Assembly (NCBI GenBank): GCA_902779245.1
Contig: CACZBB010000057.1
Location: forward strand, 1-46,435
Source of the DNA: an uncultured Lachnospiraceae bacterium
GTDB lineage: Bacteria > Bacillota > Clostridia > Lachnospirales > Lachnospiraceae
Direction: 5' to 3'
Length of the DNA: 46,435 bases
The notes under the pieces are model-generated. The model made no database searches. It was not told the DNA's origin and worked only from the letters and a program-made list of their open reading frames with translations. Positions 32,919-43,044 of the stretch are shown here, in pieces; the stretch's first letter is position 1; the number at the start of each line of letters is the position of its first letter. The translations under genes and the position numbers were made by a program.

Positions 32919-34637
32919 TCACTCCGCTCCCTGCAGCGCCTCGTGGCCTTCCTCCCCGGTGCGGACCTTCACGACATTTTCCACATCGTAGACGAAGATC
33001 TTGCCGTCGCCGATATGGCCGGTGTAAAGGGCCTTCTTGGCCTCGATGACATCCCGGACCGGGATCGCCGAGACCACGATGTCCATCTGCACCTTCGGAC
33101 GGAGGTCCGTCTCCACCGCGACGCCGCGGTAGAACTCGGTATGGCCCTTCTGCATGCCGTAGCCCATGACGTGGGAAACGGTCATGCCGGTGATGCCGAG
33201 CCTCGACATCGCGTCCTTAAGCGCGTAGAGCTTCTCTTCCTTGAAAACAATCTCAATCTTCGTGAATTTATGTCCGTCCGCATGGAAGGCCGGCTCGCGC
33301 TTCACCGGGACCGCCTCCGCGACCGGCGTCGTTCCGCTGACCACCGGCACATGCTCCCCGTCGAAAACCGTGTATTTGTCAACGGCGGGCATGAAGTCCG
33401 CGTAGGCGCTCGGCAGACCGTGCTCGCTCACGTCAAGACCCGAAAGCTCGTCGGCAGCCTCCGCGCGGAGGAAATCCGCCTTTTTCAGAATCATAAAGAA
33501 GATCAGCATCGTACCCGCCGCCCAGGCCGCCACGGCGGCGAAGCCCAGAAGTTGCAGACCGAGCTGCGAAAAATCGCCGGTGTAGAAAAGGCCGCGAAGC
33601 CCCGCGGGCGCGTCCGGATTGGCCAGAAGACCGACCGCGATCGTGCCCCAGATACCATTCGCGCAGTGAACGCCAACCGCGCCGACCGGATCGTCGATGT
33701 GGAGTTTGAGGTCCAGCGTTTCGACCACCACGACCACGAGGATCCCGGCGACCAGGCCGACCACGGCCGCGCCGATCGCGTCGAAAGCGTCACAGCCCGC
33801 GGTGACGGCGACCAGGCCGGCCAGCGAGGCGTTGAGACACATCGAAACGTCCGGTTTTCCGTTTTTCACCCAGGTATAGATCAGGGTGGTACAGGTGGCG
33901 ACCGACGGGGCGATCGTCGTGGTCAGGAAAATCGCGGAAAGCTCCGAAGCACTTGTCGCGGCCGCTCCGTTGAAGCCGTACCAGCCAAGCCAAAGAATAA
34001 ACACGCCGAGCGCGCCCAGCGGGATCGAGTGGCCCGGGATCGCGTTGACCTTGACGACCTTTCCGTTCCTGTCCTTCACGTACTTGCCGATGCGCGGGCC
34101 GAGGATCGCCGCGCCGATGAGCGCCGCGATGCCGCCGACCATATGGATCGCGCAGGAGCCCGCGTAATCGTGGAAGCCAAGCTGCGAAAGCCACCCGCCG
34201 CCCCAGATCCAGTGGGCTTCAATCGGGTAAATGAGCAGGCTGATCACGCCGGAATAAACGCAGTAGGCGGAAAATTTTGTACGCTCCGCCATCGCGCCGG
34301 AGACGATGGTCGCGGTCGTCGCACAGAACACCAGATTAAAGACAAAATAGCTCGCGTCCGTAAAGCCGTCGGCCGGGGAGGCGATAAATTCCTTAAAATG
34401 CGTGAAGAGATCGAGATTCGGCTGCCCGATGAGCCCGAAGAATGCGTCCTCGCCCATCATCAGCGTGTAGCCAAGCAGCGAGAAGACCACCGTGCCGATG
34501 CAAAAATCCATCAGGTTCTTCATGATGATATTGCCTGCATTTTTCGCGCGGGTAAAGCCGGTCTCCACCATGGCAAATCCCGCCTGCATCCAGAACACCA
34601 GTGCCGCACCAATTAAAAACCAAAATTCTACCGACAT
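32919..34637 (-). CDS. amt: Ammonium transporter fused to a C-terminal PII (GlnK-like) domain
   Basis: MQAGFAM.E.G, IVSGAMAER, HDYAG, WYGFN, IDDPV..VGVH, then G.QKG..E.YRG and GDGKIF. Confidence 0.95.
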   Translation of the reverse strand: MSVEFWFLIGAALVFWMQAGFAMVETGFTRAKNAGNIIMKNLMDFCIGTVVFSLLGYTLMMGEDAFFGLIGQPNLDLFTHFKEFIASPADGFTDASYFVFNLVFCATTATIVSGAMAERTKFSAYCVYSGVISLLIYPIEAHWIWGGGWLSQLGFHDYAGSCAIHMVGGIAALIGAAILGPRIGKYVKDRNGKVVKVNAIPGHSIPLGALGVFILWLGWYGFNGAAATSASELSAIFLTTTIAPSVATCTTLIYTWVKNGKPDVSMCLNASLAGLVAVTAGCDAFDAIGAAVVGLVAGILVVVVVETLDLKLHIDDPVGAVGVHCANGIWGTIAVGLLANPDAPAGLRGLFYTGDFSQLGLQLLGFAAVAAWAAGTMLIFFMILKKADFLRAEAADELSGLDVSEHGLPSAYADFMPAVDKYTVFDGEHVPVVSGTTPVAEAVPVKREPAFHADGHKFTKIEIVFKEEKLYALKDAMSRLGITGMTVSHVMGYGMQKGHTEFYRGVAVETDLRPKVQMDIVVSAIPVRDVIEAKKALYTGHIGDGKIFVYDVENVVKVRTGEEGHEALQGAE

Positions 34638-34796
34638 AACCTTCTCCTCCTTTTTTCTGATCTTCAACCTTCCACCGCCAAGAAAACGAACCGCCTCTAA
34701 CTGACCTCCTTTTCCAGTCTTCAAGCCTGCTTCATCCTTCCGCCGAAGAAGCCGTGCCGGAAGGATCAGAAGCAGGGGATAAAATCATCGATAACC

Positions 34797-36896
34797 TCAC
34801 CGCACGCTGAAAAGGATATCGCCGTAGGTCGGGAACGGCCAGTAGGTCTTGCCCACCAGGATCTCGGCGTCGTCGCACGGCACACGAAGCCCGGCCATGG
34901 CCGGAAGCACGGTATCCCGGATCAAATACGCTTCGGAAACAATATCCTCCGCGCCCTCGAGTCCCTCGATCGCCTTCGAAAGCTCGTTGCATTTGACAAG
35001 GATACTGTCGGTAAGCGCGGACAGCCTTACGATCAGCTCCGATTCATAAGCACAGGCCAGATCCGGGAAGATCGCCCTCTTCTCCGCCATTTGCTTCGCG
35101 AGATCCGCCGTAAAGCGGGTAATCGCCGGCGCGACCCTCTTATGCACCATGTTGACCATGGTATTGGCCTCGATCCGGACGCTCTTGCAGTAGTTCTCCA
35201 GCATGATATCGCGTCTGGAGCGAAGCTCCTCCACCGTAAAAACGCCCAGCCCGGTCAGCATTTGCACGTTTTTCTCGTCCAGAAGGTGCGGCATGCAGTC
35301 CGCCGTCGTCTTATAGTTCAGAAGCCCGCGCTTCTTCGTCGCCTCCTCGATCCAAGCGTCGTCGTAGCCGTTTCCGTTGAAAATGATGCGCTTGTGGTCC
35401 TTGATGGTCTTTTTGATCATCTCGTGGAGGGCGGTCTCAAAGTCATTGGCCTTCTCCAGACGGTCCGCGTAGATCCGCAGGCTCTCGGCCACAGCGCTGT
35501 TGAGCATGATGTTCGCGCAGGCGATGCTGTTCGAGGAGCCCAGCATGCGGAACTCGAACTTGTTGCCCGTAAAGGCAAAGGGCGAGGTCCGGTTGCGGTC
35601 GGTGGTGTCGCGGCTGAACGCCGGCAGCACATCGACACCCAGCTTCATCAGGGTCTTTTCCGTTCCCCGATACGGCGTGTCGGTCTCGATAGCTTCAAGC
35701 ACCGCGTTCAGCTCATCGCCCAGGAACATGGAAATAACGGCCGGCGGGGCTTCGTTGGCGCCGAGGCGGTGGTCGTTGCCCGCGGTCGCGACGGATATAC
35801 GCAGGAGATCCTGGTAGTCGTCCACGGCCTTGATCACCGCGCAGAGGAACAGCAGGAACTGGGCGTTCTCGTAGGGCGTGTCGCCCGGGGAGAGAAGGTT
35901 CTGGCCGCTGTCGGTGGCGATGGACCAGTTGTTGTGCTTGCCGCTCCCGTTGACCCCGGCAAAGGGCTTTTCATGGAGGAGGCAGACGAGTCCGTGCTTC
36001 GCGGCGACCTTCTGCATGATCTCCATCGTCAGCTGGTTGTGATCGGTCGCGACATTTGTCGTGGAATAGATGGGCGCCAGCTCATGCTGCGCCGGCGCGA
36101 CCTCGTTGTGCTCGGTCTTCGCGAGGATCCCCAGCTTCCAGAGCTCGTCGTTCAGATCCTCCATGAACGCGGCGACGCCCGGCTTGATCACGCCGAAATA
36201 ATGGTCGTCGAGCTCCTGGCCCTTCGGGGGCTTCGCGCCGAACAGCGTCCGGCCGGTGAAGCGAAGGTCCGGCCTCTGGTCATACATTTCCTTCGAAATT
36301 AAGAAATATTCCTGCTCCGGCCCGACCGAGGAGACCACGCGCCTCGCGGAATCGTTGCCGAAGAGCCGGAGGATGCGAAGCGCCTGCTTGCTTAAGACCT
36401 CCATCGAGCGGAGGAGCGGGGTTTTCTTGTCAAGCGCCGGCCCGCCGTAGGAGCAGAAGGCCGTCGGAATGCACAAGGTCTTTCCCTTTATAAACGCGTA
36501 AGAGGTCGGATCCCAGGCGGTATAACCCCTGGCCTCGAAGGTGGCGCGAAGCCCGCCCGAGGGGAAGGAGGACGCGTCCGGCTCGCCCTTGATCAGCTCT
36601 TTGCCGGAGAATTCCATGATCACGCTCCCGTCCGGAGCGGGGGAGATGAAGCTGTCGTGCTTCTCGGCCGTAATGCCGGTCAGCGGCTGGAACCAGTGCG
36701 TAAAATGCGTCGCGCCCTTCTCCACCGCCCAGCGCTTCATCGCGTCCGCGACCGCGTTGGCCACGCGAAGATCCAGCTCGCTCCCCTCGTCAATCGTCTT
36801 CCGAAGGGAAGCATACACCTCCGCCGAAAGGTTCGCCCGCATGACGCGGTCATCAAAGACCTGACTTCCGAAGTAATCTGTTATTGTTCTTCCCAT
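34797..36896 (-). CDS. glnA: Glutamine synthetase type III
   Basis: HFTHWFQPLTG.TAEKHD, EPDASSFPSGG, NGSGKHNNWS, DRNRTSPFAFTGNKFEFR; ~700 aa. Confidence 0.96.
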   Translation of the reverse strand: MGRTITDYFGSQVFDDRVMRANLSAEVYASLRKTIDEGSELDLRVANAVADAMKRWAVEKGATHFTHWFQPLTGITAEKHDSFISPAPDGSVIMEFSGKELIKGEPDASSFPSGGLRATFEARGYTAWDPTSYAFIKGKTLCIPTAFCSYGGPALDKKTPLLRSMEVLSKQALRILRLFGNDSARRVVSSVGPEQEYFLISKEMYDQRPDLRFTGRTLFGAKPPKGQELDDHYFGVIKPGVAAFMEDLNDELWKLGILAKTEHNEVAPAQHELAPIYSTTNVATDHNQLTMEIMQKVAAKHGLVCLLHEKPFAGVNGSGKHNNWSIATDSGQNLLSPGDTPYENAQFLLFLCAVIKAVDDYQDLLRISVATAGNDHRLGANEAPPAVISMFLGDELNAVLEAIETDTPYRGTEKTLMKLGVDVLPAFSRDTTDRNRTSPFAFTGNKFEFRMLGSSNSIACANIMLNSAVAESLRIYADRLEKANDFETALHEMIKKTIKDHKRIIFNGNGYDDAWIEEATKKRGLLNYKTTADCMPHLLDEKNVQMLTGLGVFTVEELRSRRDIMLENYCKSVRIEANTMVNMVHKRVAPAITRFTADLAKQMAEKRAIFPDLACAYESELIVRLSALTDSILVKCNELSKAIEGLEGAEDIVSEAYLIRDTVLPAMAGLRVPCDDAEILVGKTYWPFPTYGDILFSVR

Positions 36897-36999
36897 AATC
36901 CTCTCTCCTTTCCTCAAACCGATTTCCGCTTCTTAGACCAATGCCGCTCCGGGAAGTTTTTCTCTCCGCCCGCAGCCCGCATATACCGTCCCCGACAAT

Positions 37000-37052
37000 A
37001 AGAAAAGGCAAAAACCCCTTTCGCGTAAGCACGAAAGACGCCTTTGCCTTTC
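37000..37052 (-). promoter_or_regulatory. ANTAR-like attenuator 2 in the glnA leader
   Basis: GGC-AAAGGC-GUC hexaloop hairpin inside the 5' arm of a terminator ending UUUUGCCUUUUCUU. Confidence 0.6.
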
Positions 37053-37145
37053 AAAGCCGAACCCGAACCGGCCCGCTTTTCTTATTGAATGAATCGGTCA
37101 GAGCTGTGCGCTGCCAAAGGCCGCTAAGCTTCTGGCACAGCCCTG

Positions 37146-37238
37146 AAAAAAAAGAAAAAAGCGCCTTCGAGTTTGATCACTCGAAGACGCCCTTGTCTCC
37201 ATGGCGATGTTTATACGCCACTTTCCGGCCGTTGTCAA
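37146..37238 (-). promoter_or_regulatory. glnA promoter with ANTAR-like attenuator 1
   Basis: TTGACA-17-TATAAA, then GAC-AAGGGC-GUC hairpin overlapping terminator GGCGUCUUCGAGU..ACUCGAAGGCGCUUUUUU. Confidence 0.7.
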
Positions 37239-37337
37239 TCCCTTTTTTTATATTTCGTTAAATTTCCTTTTCCTTTTCAAAGCTGCTCCTCGATCCATAT
37301 CGTAAACAACCGCCCAAAGCTTCCTTCTTACTTATTC

Positions 37338-37497
37338 TCGGACGCAATCGCCCCTTTTTGCTCCTTTCGGCTGAACCCGCATTTTCCGACCGGATCAAGC
37401 CTCGTACGAAACCGCCCCTTTTTGCTCCTTTCGGCTAAACCCGCATGTTCCGACCGGATCAAGCCTCGGACGAAACCGCCCCTTTTTGCCCCTTCAG
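37338..37497. repeat. 64-nt tandem repeat (~2.4 copies) between the divergent promoters
   Basis: CCTTTTTGCTCCTTTCGGCT..CCGACCGGATCAAGCCTCG(T/G)ACGAAACCG repeated; CTCCTTTCGGCT at 37361 and 37425. Confidence 0.9.
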
Positions 37498-37530
37498 GAA
37501 CGACATCCAACAATTTTTTTATTTTTTGTC

Positions 37531-37628
37531 TTGACATTCGCGTGGCGTGGATTATAATGCTTTGCATACGAACAAAGGCGTTCATTCCGATGCGGGGCAT
37601 CCTGCCGGAATGAGCGCCTTTTCTGTTT
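37531..37628 (+). promoter_or_regulatory. Glutamate-synthase operon promoter with ANTAR-like attenuator
   Basis: TTGACA-16-TATAAT, then AAC-AAAGGC-GUU hairpin overlapping terminator AAGGCGUUCAUUCCG..CGGAAUGAGCGCCUUUUC. Confidence 0.7.
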
Positions 37629-37675
37629 GCTTTCCGGTCATGCGGTGACCGCTACGAATAAACAGAAAGGAACGG

Positions 37676-38776
37676 ATGAGCATGAAAAGAGAAGGTCAGG
37701 TGCGTATCCCCTCCGGATGCGCCATCGCGGCAGTTATTTCAAAAGAAGGAAGGAAAATGTCCGGCGAGGGGATCACGAACGCGATGAAGCCCATGCACGA
37801 GCGCAGCAACGGCCTGGGCGGCGGCTTCGCGGGGTACGGCATTTATCCGGAGTACCGGGACTTTTACGCGCTGCATCTCTTTTTCGACGACCGGACGACG
37901 CGGAAAAGCTGCGAAGCCTTCCTTAAGGATTATTTTGAGATCGTCCAGTCCGAGCGGATCCCCACGCGAAAGATCCCGGAGATCACCGACGAGCCCATCA
38001 TCTGGCGGTACTTCGTCGCCCCGCTGAAATCCATGCTCGCAAGCCTCCAGCTCAGCGAAAAAGAATTTGTCGCGCGGGCCGTGACGCGGATCAACACCCA
38101 GCTTGACGGTGCGTACGTATTTTCGAGCGGCAAGAACATGGGCACCTTCAAGGCCGTGGGCTTCCCGGAGGATGTCGGCGTCTTCTATAAATTAGACGAA
38201 TACGAGGGCTATTCCTGGACCGCGCACGGCCGCTACCCGACGAACACGCCCGGCTGGTGGGGCGGCGCGCATCCGTTCACGCTCCTGGATTTTTCGGTCG
38301 TTCACAACGGGGAGATCTCCTCCTATGACGCGAACCGCCGGTTTATTGAAATGTTCGGATACAAATGCACGCTTCAGACGGACACGGAGGTCATTACCTA
38401 CATTCTCGATTACCTGGTCCGTGTGCAGGGACTTACGCTGGAAGAAGCGGCAAATGTCATCGCCGCGCCGTTCTGGAGCACGATCGAGAAGGAGAAAGAC
38501 GCCAATGTCCGGGAGCGCTGGGCCTATCTCCGCACGGTCTTCCCGAGCCTGCTCATCACCGGGCCGTTCTCCATCGTCCTCGGCTTCACGGGCGGGATCC
38601 TGGCCTTGAACGACCGCTTAAAGCTCCGCTCCATGGTCGTCGGGGAGAAGGACGACCGCGTGTACATCGCCAGTGAGGAAGCCGCGATCCGCGCGATGGA
38701 GCCGGATGCCGAAAACATCTGGGCTCCCGCGGGCGGCGAACCCGTGATCATCAAGGTGAAGGAAGGCGCGTTCTGA
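37676..38776 (+). CDS. Class II glutamine amidotransferase subunit of split glutamate synthase (GltB domain 1)
   Basis: G-C-A-I Ntn start, ERSNGLG.G, HGRYPTNT, AHPF, VHNGEI, TDTEV. Confidence 0.9.
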   Translation: MSMKREGQVRIPSGCAIAAVISKEGRKMSGEGITNAMKPMHERSNGLGGGFAGYGIYPEYRDFYALHLFFDDRTTRKSCEAFLKDYFEIVQSERIPTRKIPEITDEPIIWRYFVAPLKSMLASLQLSEKEFVARAVTRINTQLDGAYVFSSGKNMGTFKAVGFPEDVGVFYKLDEYEGYSWTAHGRYPTNTPGWWGGAHPFTLLDFSVVHNGEISSYDANRRFIEMFGYKCTLQTDTEVITYILDYLVRVQGLTLEEAANVIAAPFWSTIEKEKDANVRERWAYLRTVFPSLLITGPFSIVLGFTGGILALNDRLKLRSMVVGEKDDRVYIASEEAAIRAMEPDAENIWAPAGGEPVIIKVKEGAF

Positions 38777-38868
38777 GACGTAAACCGAAAAGCTGCCGAC
38801 GTTTGATCGTTCCGGTTCACTCCTGCTCTATCGTTCAGCAACAGGCAGGATCCAGCAGGCAACAGGCA

Positions 38869-38956
38869 TGTCATTCTTCGTCGCTTTTCATCATTCCTTA
38901 TCGCCGCAGGCGATTCGATTCTGGGATGTCCGAAGGACGCGCTCCTCAGAATGACA
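38869..38956. mobile_element. MITE/REP-like insert inside the glutamate-synthase operon
   Basis: Terminal inverted repeat TGTCATTCT / AGAATGACA, internal ATCGCC-gca-GGCGAT hairpin. Confidence 0.5.
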
Positions 38957-39025
38957 ACACCTGATGATCAGGCTGCGAACTATGAGATATTTTTTAACAG
39001 AGCTTTCGGAAAGAAGGTACGGCAA

Positions 39026-40531
<1,506 letters not shown>

Positions 40532-40535
40532 AGCT

Positions 40536-40976
40536 ATGAAACGAGTCTATGTCAATGAAAAATGGTGCCTCGCCTGCCATTTGTGTGAATTCAACTGTGC
40601 ATTTGCCAACTCCGGACTTTCGGACATGGTCCTGGCCCTGAAGGGAAAGCCCATCTACCCGCGCATCCACGTCGAGGGGGATGAAAAGATCTCCTACGCC
40701 GTCTCCTGCCGGCACTGTGAGGATCCGATCTGCGTAAAAAGCTGCATCGCCGGCGCGCTCTCGAAGGATGGCGAGGTCATTAAGATCGATAAAAACAAAT
40801 GCGTGGGCTGCCGGACCTGCATTCTGGTCTGTCCCTTCGGGGCTCTCGCTCCGAGCGCAAGCGGCGTGATGCAAAAATGCGAGCTCTGCCTGGAGAATTC
40901 CTGCGGCGAGCCCGCCTGCGTGAAGGGCTGCCCCAACCGGGCCATCGTCTACGAGGAAAGGGGTGAGGCGGAATGA
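40536..40976 (+). CDS. 4Fe-4S dicluster electron-transfer protein
   Basis: Four Cys clusters of DmsB/HycB type. Confidence 0.9.
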   Translation: MKRVYVNEKWCLACHLCEFNCAFANSGLSDMVLALKGKPIYPRIHVEGDEKISYAVSCRHCEDPICVKSCIAGALSKDGEVIKIDKNKCVGCRTCILVCPFGALAPSASGVMQKCELCLENSCGEPACVKGCPNRAIVYEERGEAE

Positions 40977-42205
40977 AGAATTATGTGATCATCGGCAACG
41001 GCATCGCCGCCGCGGGCTGCATCGAGGGAATCCGGAGCGTGGATAAAGAAAGCCCGATCACCGTCGTCTCCGAGGAGAAGCACGAGGTCTACTGCCGGCC
41101 GCTCATCTCCTACTATCTCGAGGGCAAGACCGACCTTGACCGCATGCGCTACCGCGGCGCGGATTTCTATGAAAAAAACGGCTGTAGCGTCCTTTACGGC
41201 GTTAAAGCCGAGCACATCCTGGCCGACACGAAAGAAGTCGCGCTGTCCGATGGGCGGAAGCTTCCGTACGACGCCTTAACCCTCGCGGCCGGCTCCTCGC
41301 CCTTCGTCCCGCCCTTTGCGGGGCTGGAGCTCGTAAAAAGCAGGCACTCCTTCATGACCCTCGACGACGCCCTGGGCCTTGAGCAGGCGATCACCCCGGA
41401 CAGCCGCGTGCTGATCGTCGGCGCGGGCCTGATCGGCCTCAAATGCGCGGAAGGCCTGCACGGGCGCGTGGCCGAAATCACCGTCTGCGATCTGGCGGAC
41501 CGCGTCCTCTCCAGCATCCTCGACGAGGAATGCGCTTACCGGATGCAGAAATGTCTCGAGGAACAGGGGATCCGCTTCTTCCTTGGCGACAGCGCTTCCC
41601 GTTTCGACGAGCATCACGCGTTCATGCGGAGCGGAGCCATCGTCGGCTTCGACGTGCTGGTTCTGGCCGTCGGCGTCCGGGCCAACACCGGGCTTTTTCG
41701 GGAGATCGGCGGAAATGTGAACCGCGGGATCCTCGTCGACGAACGGATGCAGACCTCCGTCCCCGGCATCTTCGCGGCCGGCGACTGCGCGGAAGGTCTG
41801 GACATCTCCTGCGGCACAAAGCGGGTCCTTGCCATCCTGCCGAATGCCTACATGCAGGGCCATGCGGCCGGCGCAAACATGGCCGGCGGAAACGAAATAT
41901 TTGACAAGGGAATTCCCATGAATTCCATCGGCTTTTTCGGCCTGCACGCCATGACGGCCGGCTCCTACGACGGAGAGGTCTATGAGGAAAAGACGGAAAA
42001 ATCCCTCAAGCGCCTTTTCACGAAGGACGACCGGCTGCTCGGCTTCATCCTGATCGGCTGTGAGGAGCGTGCGGGGATTTACACCTCCCTCATCCGGGAG
42101 AAAACCCCCCTCTCCTCCCTGAACTTCGACCTGCTCAAAAAAGGGGCGACCACCCTGGCCTTCTCCCCTGAAACGCGGAGAAAAAAATTCGGAGGCGCGG
42201 TATAA
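40973..42205 (+). CDS. NAD(P)/FAD-dependent oxidoreductase (NirB/rubredoxin-reductase-like)
   Basis: IIGNGIA, GAGLIG, FAAGDCAE; ATGA overlap with the upstream gene. Confidence 0.9.
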   Translation: MKNYVIIGNGIAAAGCIEGIRSVDKESPITVVSEEKHEVYCRPLISYYLEGKTDLDRMRYRGADFYEKNGCSVLYGVKAEHILADTKEVALSDGRKLPYDALTLAAGSSPFVPPFAGLELVKSRHSFMTLDDALGLEQAITPDSRVLIVGAGLIGLKCAEGLHGRVAEITVCDLADRVLSSILDEECAYRMQKCLEEQGIRFFLGDSASRFDEHHAFMRSGAIVGFDVLVLAVGVRANTGLFREIGGNVNRGILVDERMQTSVPGIFAAGDCAEGLDISCGTKRVLAILPNAYMQGHAAGANMAGGNEIFDKGIPMNSIGFFGLHAMTAGSYDGEVYEEKTEKSLKRLFTKDDRLLGFILIGCEERAGIYTSLIREKTPLSSLNFDLLKKGATTLAFSPETRRKKFGGAV

Positions 42206-42244
42206 AACACGGGCCAGTCCCTCAAAGATTCGGAGGCATGAACT

Positions 42245-43021
42245 ATGAACAGGATTAACGAAGAGGGCCCGGAGCGCCGGGCTGTCAATGAAGAAAATAC
42301 GGCCCTGATCAACGCAGAAGGCATTGAGCATCGGGCCGTTAATGAAGCAATTCGAAACGCCGGCGATCACTGCGAGGTAACGGGCTGTCTTGGCCAGCGC
42401 TTCCTCGCCGCCGGAATGTCCGGAAAAAAGATCACCTTCCACGGGATTCCCGGCAACGCCCTCGGCGCGTACTTAAACGGCGGGACGCTGAACGTTCTCT
42501 CCAACGCTCAGGACGCGGTCGGCGACACGATGAACGCCGGCACGATCATCGTCCACGGTAATATCGGCGACGCCGCGGGCTACGCGATGCGCGGCGGCAG
42601 GATCTACGTCCGGGGGAACGCCGGCTACCGCGCCGGCATCCATATGAAGGCTTACAAGGACAAGATCCCGCTGATGGTCATCGGCGGCAGAGCCGGAAGC
42701 TTTCTCGGCGAGTACCAGGCGGGCGGCGTCATCATCGTCCTGAATCTTGATCAGCCGGACGAAAAATGTGTGGGCTTCTTTCCCTGCACGGGGATGCACG
42801 GCGGGAAAATGTTTCTTCGCTCCGCCTGTGAGAATATCGGCTTTCCCGAGCAGGTCACGGCCCGCCCGGCCGACGGCGAAGACCTCCGGGAGCTCCGCGG
42901 GCTTCTCGCCGAATACTGTGAGGTCTTCGGCCTTGACCTTGAAGAAGTTCTCTTCGCCCCCTTCACCGTCGTCACCCCCGACAACGAAAACCCCTACCGG
43001 CAAATGTATGTGCCGAACTGA
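42245..43021 (+). CDS. Glutamate synthase GXGXG subunit (GltB domain 3)
   Basis: GQRF, G.PGN.LG, G..M..G repeats, FLGEY.AGG, GMHGG. Confidence 0.9.
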   Translation: MNRINEEGPERRAVNEENTALINAEGIEHRAVNEAIRNAGDHCEVTGCLGQRFLAAGMSGKKITFHGIPGNALGAYLNGGTLNVLSNAQDAVGDTMNAGTIIVHGNIGDAAGYAMRGGRIYVRGNAGYRAGIHMKAYKDKIPLMVIGGRAGSFLGEYQAGGVIIVLNLDQPDEKCVGFFPCTGMHGGKMFLRSACENIGFPEQVTARPADGEDLRELRGLLAEYCEVFGLDLEEVLFAPFTVVTPDNENPYRQMYVPN

Positions 43022-43044
43022 GTACTGCCCGGTTCCATCAGTTC

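Noticed and set aside
32898-34616. Long antisense ORFs (this one; also 197-1216, 7754-8809, 9150-10601, 12754-14217, 16403-17995, 25085-26494, 35091-36302)
   Set aside because: Shadow frames of well-supported GC3-rich genes, with no recognisable motifs.
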